DNA of 64,000 nucleotides from an uncultured cyanobacterium (GCA_963740315.1 CAVUDP010000002.1:224001-288000), one strand, 5' to 3'. Positions 53,137-62,804 are shown, counted from the stretch's first letter. Numbers and translations are program-made. Notes: a model not told the origin generated them from the sequence alone.

Positions 53137-53210
53137 TTATCCATCTCGGTTGGTTGATGGATAAAGTATCCTTTTGGGGTAGTACCCCGAATCAAACTTT
53201 TAAATCACCA

Positions 53211-53267
53211 ATCCGTCAGGGAATGCAATTCCCTAACTAATAGCTCAAGTCATCTAAAGATGACTGA
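53211..53267 (+). repeat. Double-hairpin REP-like element, copy B
   Basis: GTCAGGGAAT-GCA-ATTCCCTAAC taatagctca AGTCATC-TAAA-GATGACT. Confidence 0.85.
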
Positions 53268-53386
53268 AGTACGCTAATATTTTCAGTTTATGCTGTGAAT
53301 TCGCTACAATCCAAAAGAGATTAATTAATTTAGGGTAGTAGTTGATTCGGGGTTAACCCAAACTTTATTAAAATTTTTTTGTTCTC

Positions 53387-56300
53387 ATGCCGAATTCTTC
53401 TTATGGAGAAACAATTCAAAATCGGGTGAAGCGTCTTTTGGAAGCGTTACTTGATTATGTCAACTACGAATTTGAACAAAATTTACGTATTGAATATAAG
53501 TGGGAACCAGAAGATAGCAATAATCTAAATATCACAACTACCTTGCGGGAATTGCTAGCGCTTACAGGTAAAGACAAATATGATGCGAAGTTAACTAAAC
53601 CGCAAATTGGTGAAGCGCTAAAGCATTATTTAAAAGAATATTTGGGAATTCTGTTAGACAACCGTACCAAAACGAAGGGATTCGATGAGTGGATTTTTAC
53701 GTTGAAGTTATGGGGGAGAGATAAAGAAACCAATCTGAGAAAGTTTGATGAGTTATGGGAAGAGAAGAGACAAGGTAAATCAAAAGATTTAGCGTCAAAA
53801 GAACAACAGGAAGAGGATTCATGGCGCATAATTTTCTATCAAAAACTAGAAAAGCAATTACAAGACATCAGACACAAAGCCACAGAAAGAGGATTTGAAA
53901 CTAATGTTCATGTTCCTTTGGGTTTACTAGAGCGCAAACAGCAGCAACGACGGGATAAAACTTCTTCACCACAGAATCCCTATAATTTGGAACAGGAAGT
54001 TATTGTCAAAACTTACGAGCATGATGCTTTTCTACAGGAAGTAATCGGTTTACAGTCTACTGAAAATAAAAAGCATATTGGAATCATTGGGGAAGCGGGA
54101 GCGGGTAAAACAACTTTATTAATTAAGGTTGCTGAATATCTCAAAAATGAAACCGAATATTTACCAGTTTGGATTTCTCTTGCTAGTTTGCAAGGGGAGA
54201 CATTAGAAAATTATTTGCTAGATACATGGTTTTCTAGTATTGAATGTTCAAAAACTACAGAGCAATTAAAACAACGTTTTTCTCAAGCAGATATTTGGCT
54301 GCTACTGGATGGTGTGGATGAAATGGCGGAGAATTCACCCCTGGATGCTTTCAAAATCGATAAATTACCAGATTGGTTGAGAAAAGCGCGATTTGTGTTG
54401 ACTTGTCGGTTAAATGTTTGGGATGAAAGAATTAATAATCCTCTTACGGGTTTTGAAACATATAAAACTCAAGAGTTTGAACCCGAACAAGTTGATGATT
54501 TTATTCAAAATTGGTTTCAACGTGCGGAAAGTATAGAAAAAGGTAGGTTGTTACAGACGAAGTTAAAAGAAAGCAGACACGAAAAAATCCGTTCTTTGGT
54601 AACAAATCCTCTACGCTTATCGCTGCTGTGTCAAACCTTCTATTTGGATAAGCAAGGAGAATTACCAGAAACAAAAGCGGGATTATATGAGAGATTTACA
54701 AATTATTTTTATGAGTGGAAACCAGAAAATATTCCAGAAGAATTAAGGAATTCCAATCGGAAAAAAGATGAATTACACAAAGCATTAAGTAAATTAGCAC
54801 TTGCAGGAATTGATAGTAATGTAAGATTTCGTTTAAATCGTAAAGTTGCACGCAAGCAAATGGGTGAAGAGCTTTTTAAGTTAGCTTGTGATGTTGGCTG
54901 GTTGAATTTGGTTGATAGAGATGCAAAAACGGATAAAGAGGTTTATGCTTTTTTTCATGCTAATTTTCAGGAATATTTTGCAGCATTAGCAATTGATGAT
55001 TGGGATTATTTCTTACCCCGCGAACATGATAATGAGCCTGTTGCAGATAGATATCGCATTTTTGAACCGCAGTGGAAAGAAGTTATTTTGCTGTGGTTGG
55101 GAAGGGATAAAGATGATATTTCAGATGTAGAGAAAGAAAAGTTTATAAAAGCGTTGGTGGAATTTGATGATGGTTGCTGGGATGAAAATTTACCCCATCT
55201 TCTTAAGTTGGAAAAAGCTCGAATAGTAAGCAAGGGTTTTCATAGATATCCCGCTTATTTCCTTGCTGCTGCGGGTATTGTGGAATTTAAAGAGTGTGAT
55301 TTAGCGGATAAAATTGTCCAACAAGTAGTTGAATGGGGGTTTGGTAAATTTAATTCAGAAACCCAAAAGTGGGAGAAATTTATTTACGAAATTAATCAGC
55401 CAGCAAAGGAAGTACTGCAAGAAACGAATAGGGAAAATGCTATTAATACTTTGGTTGAATTAATCCGCAATCAAGATGTTGATGATTCTACCAAACGCTA
55501 TGCTGCGGAAAGCTTAGGGGAAATAGACGTTGGAAACGAATATGCGATTAATGCTTTGGTTGATTTCATCCGCAATCAAGATGTTGATTCTTATACCAAA
55601 CGCTATGCTGCGGTAAGCTTATGGAAAATAGCCGTTGGAAACGAAAATGCAATTAATGCTTTGGTTGATTTAATCCGCAATCAAGATGTTGATGATTCTA
55701 CCAAACGCTATGCTGCGGAAAGCTTAGGGGAAATAGACGTTGGAAACGAATATGCGATTAATGCTTTGGTTGATTTCATCCGCAATCAAGATGTTGATTC
55801 TTATACCAAACGCTATGCTGCGGAAAGCTTAGGGAAAATAGCCCTTGGAAACGAATATGCGATTAATGCTTTGGTTGATTTCATCCGCAATCAAGATGTT
55901 GATAATTCTACCAAACGCAAAGCTGCGGAAAGCTTAGGGGAAATAGCCGTTGGAAACGAAAATGCAATTAATGCTTTGGTTGAATTAATCCGCAATCAAG
56001 ATGTTGATGATGATACCAAATCCTATGCTGCGGTAAGCTTATGGAAAATAGCCGTTGGAAACGAAAATGCAATTAATGCTTTGGTTGAATTAATCCGCAA
56101 TCAAGATGTTGATGATGATACCAAATTATTTGCTGCGAGAAGCTTAGGGGAAATAGACGTTGGAAACGAATATGCGATTAATGCTTTGGTTGATTTCATC
56201 CGCAATCAAGATGTTGATGATGATACCAAATTATTTGCTGCGAGAAGCTTAGGGGAAATAGACGTTGGAAACGAATATGCGATTAATGCTTTGGTTGAAT

Positions 56301-56950
56301 TAAACCGCAATCAAGATGTTGATTCTTATACCAAATTATTTGCTGCGGTAATCTTAGGGGAAATAGACGTTGGAAACGAATATGCGATTAATGCTTTGGT
56401 TGAATTAAACCGCAATCAAGATGTTGATTATGATACCAAACGCGAAGCTGCCCAAAGCTTAGGGAAAATAGCCGTTGGAAACGAATATGTCATTAATGCT
56501 TTGGTTGATTTAATCCGCAATCAAGATGTTGATGATAATACCAAATCCGAAGCTGCGGAAAGCTTAGGGAAAATAGCCGTTGAAAACGAAAATGCTATTA
56601 ATGCTTTGGTTGATTTAATCCGCAATCAAGATGTTGATAATTCTACCAAACGCAAAGCTGCGGAAAGCTTAGGGGAAATAGCCGTTGGAAACGAAAATGC
56701 AATTAATGCTTTGGTTGAATTAATCCGCAATCAAGATGTTGATGATGATACCAAATTATATGCTGCGAGAAGCTTAGGGGAAATTTTAAAAGATAAGCAT
56801 ATGCTCAAAGTATTCACAGCTTTAACACCTTACTTATCGGTAGAGACTTATAACAATAATTCCAGTCAATTCGAGAGATGCCACAAAATCATCTGGAAAT
56901 GCGCTGAAAATATGACATACTCGGAATTCTATCAAGCATGGCATCAATAA
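53387..56950 (+). CDS. NACHT (STAND) NTPase with C-terminal HEAT/PBS-lyase-like repeats (NLR-like)
   Basis: Walker A GEAGAGKTT, Walker B WLLLDGVDE, LTCR, NPLRL, FFHANFQEYFAA; 13 x 35-aa repeats. Confidence 0.93.
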   Translation: MPNSSYGETIQNRVKRLLEALLDYVNYEFEQNLRIEYKWEPEDSNNLNITTTLRELLALTGKDKYDAKLTKPQIGEALKHYLKEYLGILLDNRTKTKGFDEWIFTLKLWGRDKETNLRKFDELWEEKRQGKSKDLASKEQQEEDSWRIIFYQKLEKQLQDIRHKATERGFETNVHVPLGLLERKQQQRRDKTSSPQNPYNLEQEVIVKTYEHDAFLQEVIGLQSTENKKHIGIIGEAGAGKTTLLIKVAEYLKNETEYLPVWISLASLQGETLENYLLDTWFSSIECSKTTEQLKQRFSQADIWLLLDGVDEMAENSPLDAFKIDKLPDWLRKARFVLTCRLNVWDERINNPLTGFETYKTQEFEPEQVDDFIQNWFQRAESIEKGRLLQTKLKESRHEKIRSLVTNPLRLSLLCQTFYLDKQGELPETKAGLYERFTNYFYEWKPENIPEELRNSNRKKDELHKALSKLALAGIDSNVRFRLNRKVARKQMGEELFKLACDVGWLNLVDRDAKTDKEVYAFFHANFQEYFAALAIDDWDYFLPREHDNEPVADRYRIFEPQWKEVILLWLGRDKDDISDVEKEKFIKALVEFDDGCWDENLPHLLKLEKARIVSKGFHRYPAYFLAAAGIVEFKECDLADKIVQQVVEWGFGKFNSETQKWEKFIYEINQPAKEVLQETNRENAINTLVELIRNQDVDDSTKRYAAESLGEIDVGNEYAINALVDFIRNQDVDSYTKRYAAVSLWKIAVGNENAINALVDLIRNQDVDDSTKRYAAESLGEIDVGNEYAINALVDFIRNQDVDSYTKRYAAESLGKIALGNEYAINALVDFIRNQDVDNSTKRKAAESLGEIAVGNENAINALVELIRNQDVDDDTKSYAAVSLWKIAVGNENAINALVELIRNQDVDDDTKLFAARSLGEIDVGNEYAINALVDFIRNQDVDDDTKLFAARSLGEIDVGNEYAINALVELNRNQDVDSYTKLFAAVILGEIDVGNEYAINALVELNRNQDVDYDTKREAAQSLGKIAVGNEYVINALVDLIRNQDVDDNTKSEAAESLGKIAVENENAINALVDLIRNQDVDNSTKRKAAESLGEIAVGNENAINALVELIRNQDVDDDTKLYAARSLGEILKDKHMLKVFTALTPYLSVETYNNNSSQFERCHKIIWKCAENMTYSEFYQAWHQ
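55433..56785 (+). repeat. Intragenic 105-bp tandem repeat x13
   Basis: Unit E(N/Y)AINALV(E/D)(L/F)IRNQDVDxxTKxxAAxSL(G/W)(E/K)I(D/A)VGN; near-identical at nucleotide level. Confidence 0.97.
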
Positions 56951-57015
56951 AATAATTCAACCATATAACCGCAGCGAAACTATACAACCTGAACAAATGG
57001 TTTAAAAATATCACC

Positions 57016-57071
57016 CAGTCATCTTTAGATGACTTTTGCTATTAGCTTGCGGTTTGCAACCGTAAGCGGGT
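57016..57071 (-). repeat. Double-hairpin REP-like element, copy C (inverted)
   Basis: Reverse complement reads GCTTACGGTT-GCA-AACCGCAAGC taatagcaaa AGTCATC-TAAA-GATGACT. Confidence 0.85.
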
Positions 57072-57197
57072 TGAAAATATATCGATAAATGTTTCTAATT
57101 CTTCTTATTTTCAAAAATGTTTAATAATACGATGGTGCGTTACGGCATCACCAAAGATGTAACCTCAAACAATACATATTAAAGCCGTAACAGCACC

Positions 57198-57779
57198 CTA
57201 CAAATTATTTTTCGCTGGAATTTTCGCTTTTTTAAACACTGCTTCAACGATAAATTCTAAACCTTCAAATAATGAATCGGTAATTATTTCATCACCTCTA
57301 TAAGTCTTCAATGCTGCATCTGGATAAAAAACGGTAATGCTTCTATCTTCAATATCCACTACCCAAACTCGTAATACTCCAGCATTCAAATAATCTTGCG
57401 CTTTACCTGCCATTTGTCCAAAAGTTTGCCCAGGTGAGATAATTTCAATTGCTAATTCTGGTGCAATCGGACAAGCTTCATTTTCATTCCAATTTTCTGG
57501 TAAACGCTCGTAGGAAATATATAGTAAATCTGGAGTTGGTACCCAATCGCGTCCATTACGGGTTAATGTTATAGACCATTCTGCCCATACTTCTCCTTTA
57601 TCTTCGCAGCAGTTTTTAATTAAATTGCAAAGGATGAAGCTAAGTTTAGCGTGAAAAAACTTTGGTGACATTTTAGGAATTGCTTTTCCGTCAACAAGTT
57701 CATAGGTGATATCTCCTTCACCGGGAGGAAGATTTAAAAACTCTTCGAGGGTTAATTGCTGGTTGATTTGAAGTACCAT
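57198..57779 (-). CDS. Uma2 (DUF820) family endonuclease-fold protein
   Basis: TLEEFL..YELVDG..MSP..H, PDL, APELAIEIISP, K..DYL.AGV..VWVVD. Confidence 0.92.
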   Translation of the reverse strand: MVLQINQQLTLEEFLNLPPGEGDITYELVDGKAIPKMSPKFFHAKLSFILCNLIKNCCEDKGEVWAEWSITLTRNGRDWVPTPDLLYISYERLPENWNENEACPIAPELAIEIISPGQTFGQMAGKAQDYLNAGVLRVWVVDIEDRSITVFYPDAALKTYRGDEIITDSLFEGLEFIVEAVFKKAKIPAKNNL

Positions 57780-57812
57780 AATTTAATAGTTAGGAGTTAG
57801 GAATTATTAATG

Positions 57813-57941
57813 TAAGTAAGTCGGCACATAAAAAACTAACTATGTCACGAAATGTAAAAAGCCTGAAACGGTTGCGATTGCTTCCTCGTGCCTCGTCGCA
57901 ATGACAGAACACAATTATATTTATTCACGCCGACTTACTTA
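57813..57941. mobile_element. MITE with TA ends (IS630/Tc1-mariner-like)
   Basis: TA-AGTAAGTCGGC ... GCCGACTTACT-TA perfect terminal inverted repeat; internal GATTGCTTC..TCGCAATGAC hairpin. Confidence 0.75.
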
Positions 57942-57986
57942 GTGCGAGCATCTTGCTCGCTACGGTATCAACATATCAAAAATAGA

Positions 57987-58541
57987 TTAATTTATTTCAC
58001 TCAACGGAGTCGCTAAACCATCAATGCTAACCATATTTTTCTGTTTGTGATATTCCTTAATTCCTGATTCTCCTTTTTTCGCTGCCCATTTAACTAAATT
58101 TTCTCGCTGTGCTTGATACTCATACAAAGGTACGCTCATACCACAGGCTGTTTGCACTCTCTCGATTTCAGCTACTATTATTTGACGGGTTCCCGGTATT
58201 TCGGGAAAATGCGAGCATAAAGATTCCCATTCTGAATTTCCGGGTAAAATGGTTGTTCCGCTACCGTAAAGACGCAAAATAGACGGCGCTCCTTCAAAAG
58301 CGCAAAACATAAAGGTAATTCGTCCGTTTTCTTGTAAATGCGCTGATGTTTCGTTTCCGCTTCCCGTTAAATCGAGATAAGCAACTTTGTGTGGTGAAAG
58401 AATACGAAAACTTTCCAACCCTTTAGGAGAAAGGTTTACGTGTCCATTAGAATCTAAAGGTGCAGTACCAACAAAAAACATCTGCTGGTTTGCAATAAAA
58501 TTTTGCAACTCTTCGGTAATGGAATCAAATACTTTAGCCAT
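57987..58541 (-). CDS. Pyridoxamine 5'-phosphate oxidase-like FMN-binding protein
   Basis: FFVGTAP..GHVNLSPKG, YLDLTGSGNETSAHL..RITFMFCAF..P.ILRLYG. Confidence 0.9.
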   Translation of the reverse strand: MAKVFDSITEELQNFIANQQMFFVGTAPLDSNGHVNLSPKGLESFRILSPHKVAYLDLTGSGNETSAHLQENGRITFMFCAFEGAPSILRLYGSGTTILPGNSEWESLCSHFPEIPGTRQIIVAEIERVQTACGMSVPLYEYQAQRENLVKWAAKKGESGIKEYHKQKNMVSIDGLATPLSEIN

Positions 58542-58721
58542 TATTCAGTTATCAATGAACGATCGATCTGGTGATATTTTATATTATTTTTTTTAGATGA
58601 TTTTTTATTTATATAAAAGGTTAATAAAATTAAACTCAAATACTTTTAAGAACGGAATACAAATTTAGGACGGGCAACACCTATCCCACAATATTTTTAT
58701 TTAATTTCCATGCGCCATGCC

Positions 58722-60392
58722 CTATACCCTATGCCGAACTACACCATTCTCTAAATCTAATTTAGAATTAATTTTGTCATATTCAACTTTACCGTAATCT
58801 AATTTTATTATCCTATCGGCGTGGTGAAAATAATGATCGTCGTGGCTAATAACTAATACTGTTTTATTGCGTTTTTTCAAGTTTGTTAATATCTCGTTAT
58901 AAAAAATGTTTCTAAATATTGGATCTTGGTCTGATGCCCATTCATCAAATAGATAAATCTGACGATTTTCTAAATAAGCTGTTAATAATGCCAGCCGTTT
59001 TCGCTGTCCTTGTGAAAGTTCTGTGGTTGATAATTTACCGTTTTCTATTGTGACTTTATCATTTAATTTTAACTGTCTTAAGTATTCCTGTGCTTGTTCA
59101 TCTAAGGCAGGTTTACCCATTCCTAATAATTTTTCAAATAAATAATAGTCGGAGAAAATAACTGAAAAGTGTTGGCGATACCATTCCCGATTATCATCGG
59201 TAATAACTTTATCATCTAATCTAATTTCCCCAGCTTCGGGAATGTACAATCCCGTAATTAATTTAGCTAAAGTCGATTTTCCGCTACCGTTACCGCCAAC
59301 GATAAAGACAATTTCTCCCGGTTTAAAAGTTAGATCGACAGGACCTAAACTAAAGCGGTTTTCTTCTTCTCCTGGATAAGCATGAACAACTTGCTTTAAT
59401 TCTAGTTTGGAAAATGTTTTTTTATCTTTATCCTGCTCTTCTATATAATTCTCTTTGTTACCAGCTAAAACTAATCCCATTCTTTCGATTTTCTGTAAAG
59501 CTACGGTGGCTTTAGATAAAGCCTGTAACTTATCTAATATGCTTTGCATGGGCAGCATTAAATAAGTAACTGTTAGTATATAAGCTGATAGAACGCCGGG
59601 GGAAACTGGTGCTACTTGCGGTAATACGAATAGCAGCAAACCTACCAAAACGAAAAATAATAAATTTCCCCATCCCGTAGAAACAGAAAATGTTAACAAA
59701 GCCGCTGAATTTTGGTCGCGACATACAGCTGCACTATGCTGCAATTCATCTTCAAAAAACTCTTGACGGCGGGCAGAATGAAGTTTAAGCTCTTTAATAC
59801 CTTCGGTGATGGCGCGAAAATGTTTGAGCAAACGATCTTGTTCGTCTCGTGCTGAAATTAGAAAAACTTGCGCTCTATTAATTAATAATTGAATGCTGCC
59901 GACAGCTATCATTACGAAGCCGACGGTAAAAGTAAACACCGTACTCGATAGAAAAGATAAATAAAGCAAACATCCGGCAATAATAGCAATATCAACGCAG
60001 ATAAATGGTATCGCGTAAACTGTAGCGTTTAGCGTTGCAACATCTTCTGTAAGTGTTGCTAACAATCGCGACGTACCTAATTTTTCTAAATGCCGTAGTT
60101 GAGAAGATAAAATTCCTCGACTCAAACGCAACCGCAACTGAAATACAGCTTCTTGGGAAAGATTAATTAATAAAACTTGCGAGATAATGCTGTTTACAAT
60201 TACTATCAATGCCAAAGTTGGAAACTGCCAAGCCAAGTCACCGAAAGTATTTGAAGATTGAAATCCCTCACCGATCGCCCTATTTATCAACGCAATTAAT
60301 CGAGCAGTAGTTCCACCACTCACCAAACCCGTAAAAACGGCGATCGCCACTTGCATCCAAGAAGCCTTTAATAAAAGCCAGATTAAATTCAT
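58722..60392 (-). CDS. Cyclic-peptide export ABC transporter (SyrD/PvdE/YojI family)
   Basis: TMD plus GGNGSGKST, LSQGQRKRLAL, FDEWASDQDP, ISHDD. Confidence 0.92.
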   Translation of the reverse strand: MNLIWLLLKASWMQVAIAVFTGLVSGGTTARLIALINRAIGEGFQSSNTFGDLAWQFPTLALIVIVNSIISQVLLINLSQEAVFQLRLRLSRGILSSQLRHLEKLGTSRLLATLTEDVATLNATVYAIPFICVDIAIIAGCLLYLSFLSSTVFTFTVGFVMIAVGSIQLLINRAQVFLISARDEQDRLLKHFRAITEGIKELKLHSARRQEFFEDELQHSAAVCRDQNSAALLTFSVSTGWGNLLFFVLVGLLLFVLPQVAPVSPGVLSAYILTVTYLMLPMQSILDKLQALSKATVALQKIERMGLVLAGNKENYIEEQDKDKKTFSKLELKQVVHAYPGEEENRFSLGPVDLTFKPGEIVFIVGGNGSGKSTLAKLITGLYIPEAGEIRLDDKVITDDNREWYRQHFSVIFSDYYLFEKLLGMGKPALDEQAQEYLRQLKLNDKVTIENGKLSTTELSQGQRKRLALLTAYLENRQIYLFDEWASDQDPIFRNIFYNEILTNLKKRNKTVLVISHDDHYFHHADRIIKLDYGKVEYDKINSKLDLENGVVRHRV

Positions 60393-60410
60393 TCACCGTA
60401 CCGTAGTTGG

Positions 60411-61043
60411 TTAAGATTTCGGTTTAAATCCAATTAGTAGGGCTAATTCTAGCCACTTCCAATAACAGTCAACATCATGAAAACCAATGTTTCGCAACCA
60501 TTTTAATTGAGTCTCTACATCTAAAAGTTTGTTGGATGGATCGTCTTGTGATGTTGTTCTACCTATCGCCTTTAAAAAATTTTCATGCAAACGAATCGTT
60601 GGTGAAGCGATATGTTCTAAGTTGCAGAAAATACCACCGGGCTGCAAAAGATTAAATATTTCTACGTAAAGCGAACGTTTGCGATTGTGGGTGAGGTGAT
60701 GAATAGCAAAACTAGAAATCACTGCATCAAAAGTATCTAATTCGGGTAAAGTTTCATCTAAATTGTGATCGATAATTTCTACCGTAGAATCATTTTTAAA
60801 GCGAGATTTTACCGCTTCTAACATAATTGGTGAAAAGTCCAGGGCAACAGATGAAACCATTGGACGTTCAATTTTAAGTAATGCTAGCAAGCGTCCATCC
60901 CCAGTTCCTAAATCGAGAATCCGCTTTACCGTTTTGGGAACTTCCTCCAACAGCACTGCTTCGCCTTCAGTGCGATGAGGAATATTATCCGCTTGTGCCA
61001 GATAGCCCAAAGCGTGTTCGGCAGAAGTCCAAAGGTTAGTCAT
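60411..61043 (-). CDS. Class I SAM-dependent methyltransferase
   Basis: ILDLGTGDG, DFSPIML, FDAVISSFAIHH, LQPGG. Confidence 0.92.
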   Translation of the reverse strand: MTNLWTSAEHALGYLAQADNIPHRTEGEAVLLEEVPKTVKRILDLGTGDGRLLALLKIERPMVSSVALDFSPIMLEAVKSRFKNDSTVEIIDHNLDETLPELDTFDAVISSFAIHHLTHNRKRSLYVEIFNLLQPGGIFCNLEHIASPTIRLHENFLKAIGRTTSQDDPSNKLLDVETQLKWLRNIGFHDVDCYWKWLELALLIGFKPKS

Positions 61044-61816
61044 ATTTTCATATAAATTGCGAGCTAAGGAAATAATCCTGTAAGCGCAAAATTATGCTTA
61101 TTACACCTTAGTATAGCGTATCAATTTATTTAGTAAAAGCGCGATTAATTGTATTATTTAAGACTTAATAATCCGCTTTCAATTTTAAGGTAAAAAGATA
61201 ATTTGATGTTGTTATAATTACCAATAATCTCAGTATCAATCTAGTAATCTAACTCAGGTTTGATATTTATAGCGATCGGGCAATCTTCCTGACTATATTT
61301 GAACGTAAAGCAGTTACCACAAGCTCGAAACACTTATAAGGGCAGTAGCTCAGCTAACCTTTTTAGATGCAAAGCTTTGTAACCTCAAACCCCTTAACTC
61401 AGCTAACTTGAAGCGATAAAGATATTTTATACATCTTAGTGGTTATAAAGTTCAAGCGTTCAAATACAAGATATAAAATATCAAACTAAGTAAATATTCT
61501 CTCTTGGCAAAAAATATGAATATTCTTTATACTTTTGATGTTAACAAGTTATCAAAGTTACTTTTATTACAAATTTTATAAGATTCTTTTTTCCTGACTT
61601 TAGGAATTTATTTGCTAAAGGTATTTTTGCTTATGTAACTTTATTTTACTAGATATCGTCCTTTAGTACGGTGTTTTGATAGTTCTGTGATACTTCTTAT
61701 ACGAGCGCGTAATTCAAAATCCGTACATAACTAATAGCTCCGTTCCCATCCAGACTGGGAACGGATTTTCAGAGGCTCTGCGGATAGCTAATCTACAATG
61801 GCATATTTCAAAATTA

Positions 61817-62684
61817 TTAAATTTGTGCTTGTAATTGCTGTACTCGTTCTACAGTTAAACCTGTATTTTTTACAACCATTTCCACAGAGAATCCCTCACG
61901 CAATAAATTAAGCGCTATTTGTTCTGCTGCTTGTTGAGTACCTTCTTGTATACCTTTCTGGATACCTTTTCGTTCCCAACTCGTAGTAATTTCCATATAT
62001 TCCTCCCTTTGATCTAATCCCATTGTACTTATTGCTGCTTGAAAGGTTTGTTCTTCCGTATCATTCAAATTCAAGTAAGTATCAACAAAGCCAGAAATTA
62101 GTTGCATTCGTGCCGGGTCTAACCTTAAAGTAGTTAATAGCCGCAAACATTCGGCTTTCACCTGGGGACGTTCTTCTGGTGCAATATTCATCTTGGACAT
62201 AAGCGCAGCAGCAACGGGATTTTGTTGGGTTAGATAATCTCTCCAACTGATTCTATTTAATTGAATTGATGCAAATTCCTTCTTTGAGTACTTCTAAATT
62301 GGGAAATGAGACGCTATGTACTTTTGGCTCTGCTCTTAATGGCTCGTCAAAAGAAAAGATAACGACGGGGAAAATTGGTAAATCGTATTTTTCGTAAAGT
62401 CTGGCAAAATATTTAAACATTCTTTTAGCAAAATCCTGCTGAGTATAAGATTGAGCTTCAACATGGATTAAAAAGAAAGTGTCTTGTTGTTTATATTTGA
62501 CTTTTACCAATAAATCTATAACTTTCTTTTCCCCAGCAGTCACATCGCTTAAAACTTCTTCCGGTAAAAATTGAATCGAGTTTTTATCGATATCGGCAGC
62601 GATTTCTGGAAGGAATAATTCAAGGAATTCAATGAAAAATGTAGAAATCAATTCTTTAAATAAGCGGTCGTGGTCGATAGTCAT
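61817..62684 (-). pseudogene. Frameshifted Rpn/PD-(D/E)XK-like protein (DUF4351/'flagellar assembly H'-annotated type)
   Basis: DHDRLFKEL..DLLVK..LIHVEAQS..RMF.YF in one frame continues as EFASIQLNRISWRDYLTQQNPVAAALMSKM in another; shift near 62280. Confidence 0.8.
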
Positions 62685-62804
62685 AGCTGTTTTTTAAGTG
62701 CTTTTGATTATCGTATCATTAGATTTTACAGATATTTTTTAAATAAATTAGCTTATTTTTAAGAGTAAAATTATACTTAACGATTGATACGAAATATAAA
62801 GCGA

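Noticed and set aside
55433..56785. Diversity-generating retroelement target
   Set aside because: No reverse transcriptase or separate template repeat in the window; variation is not adenine-restricted and recurs as shared blocks, fitting recombination
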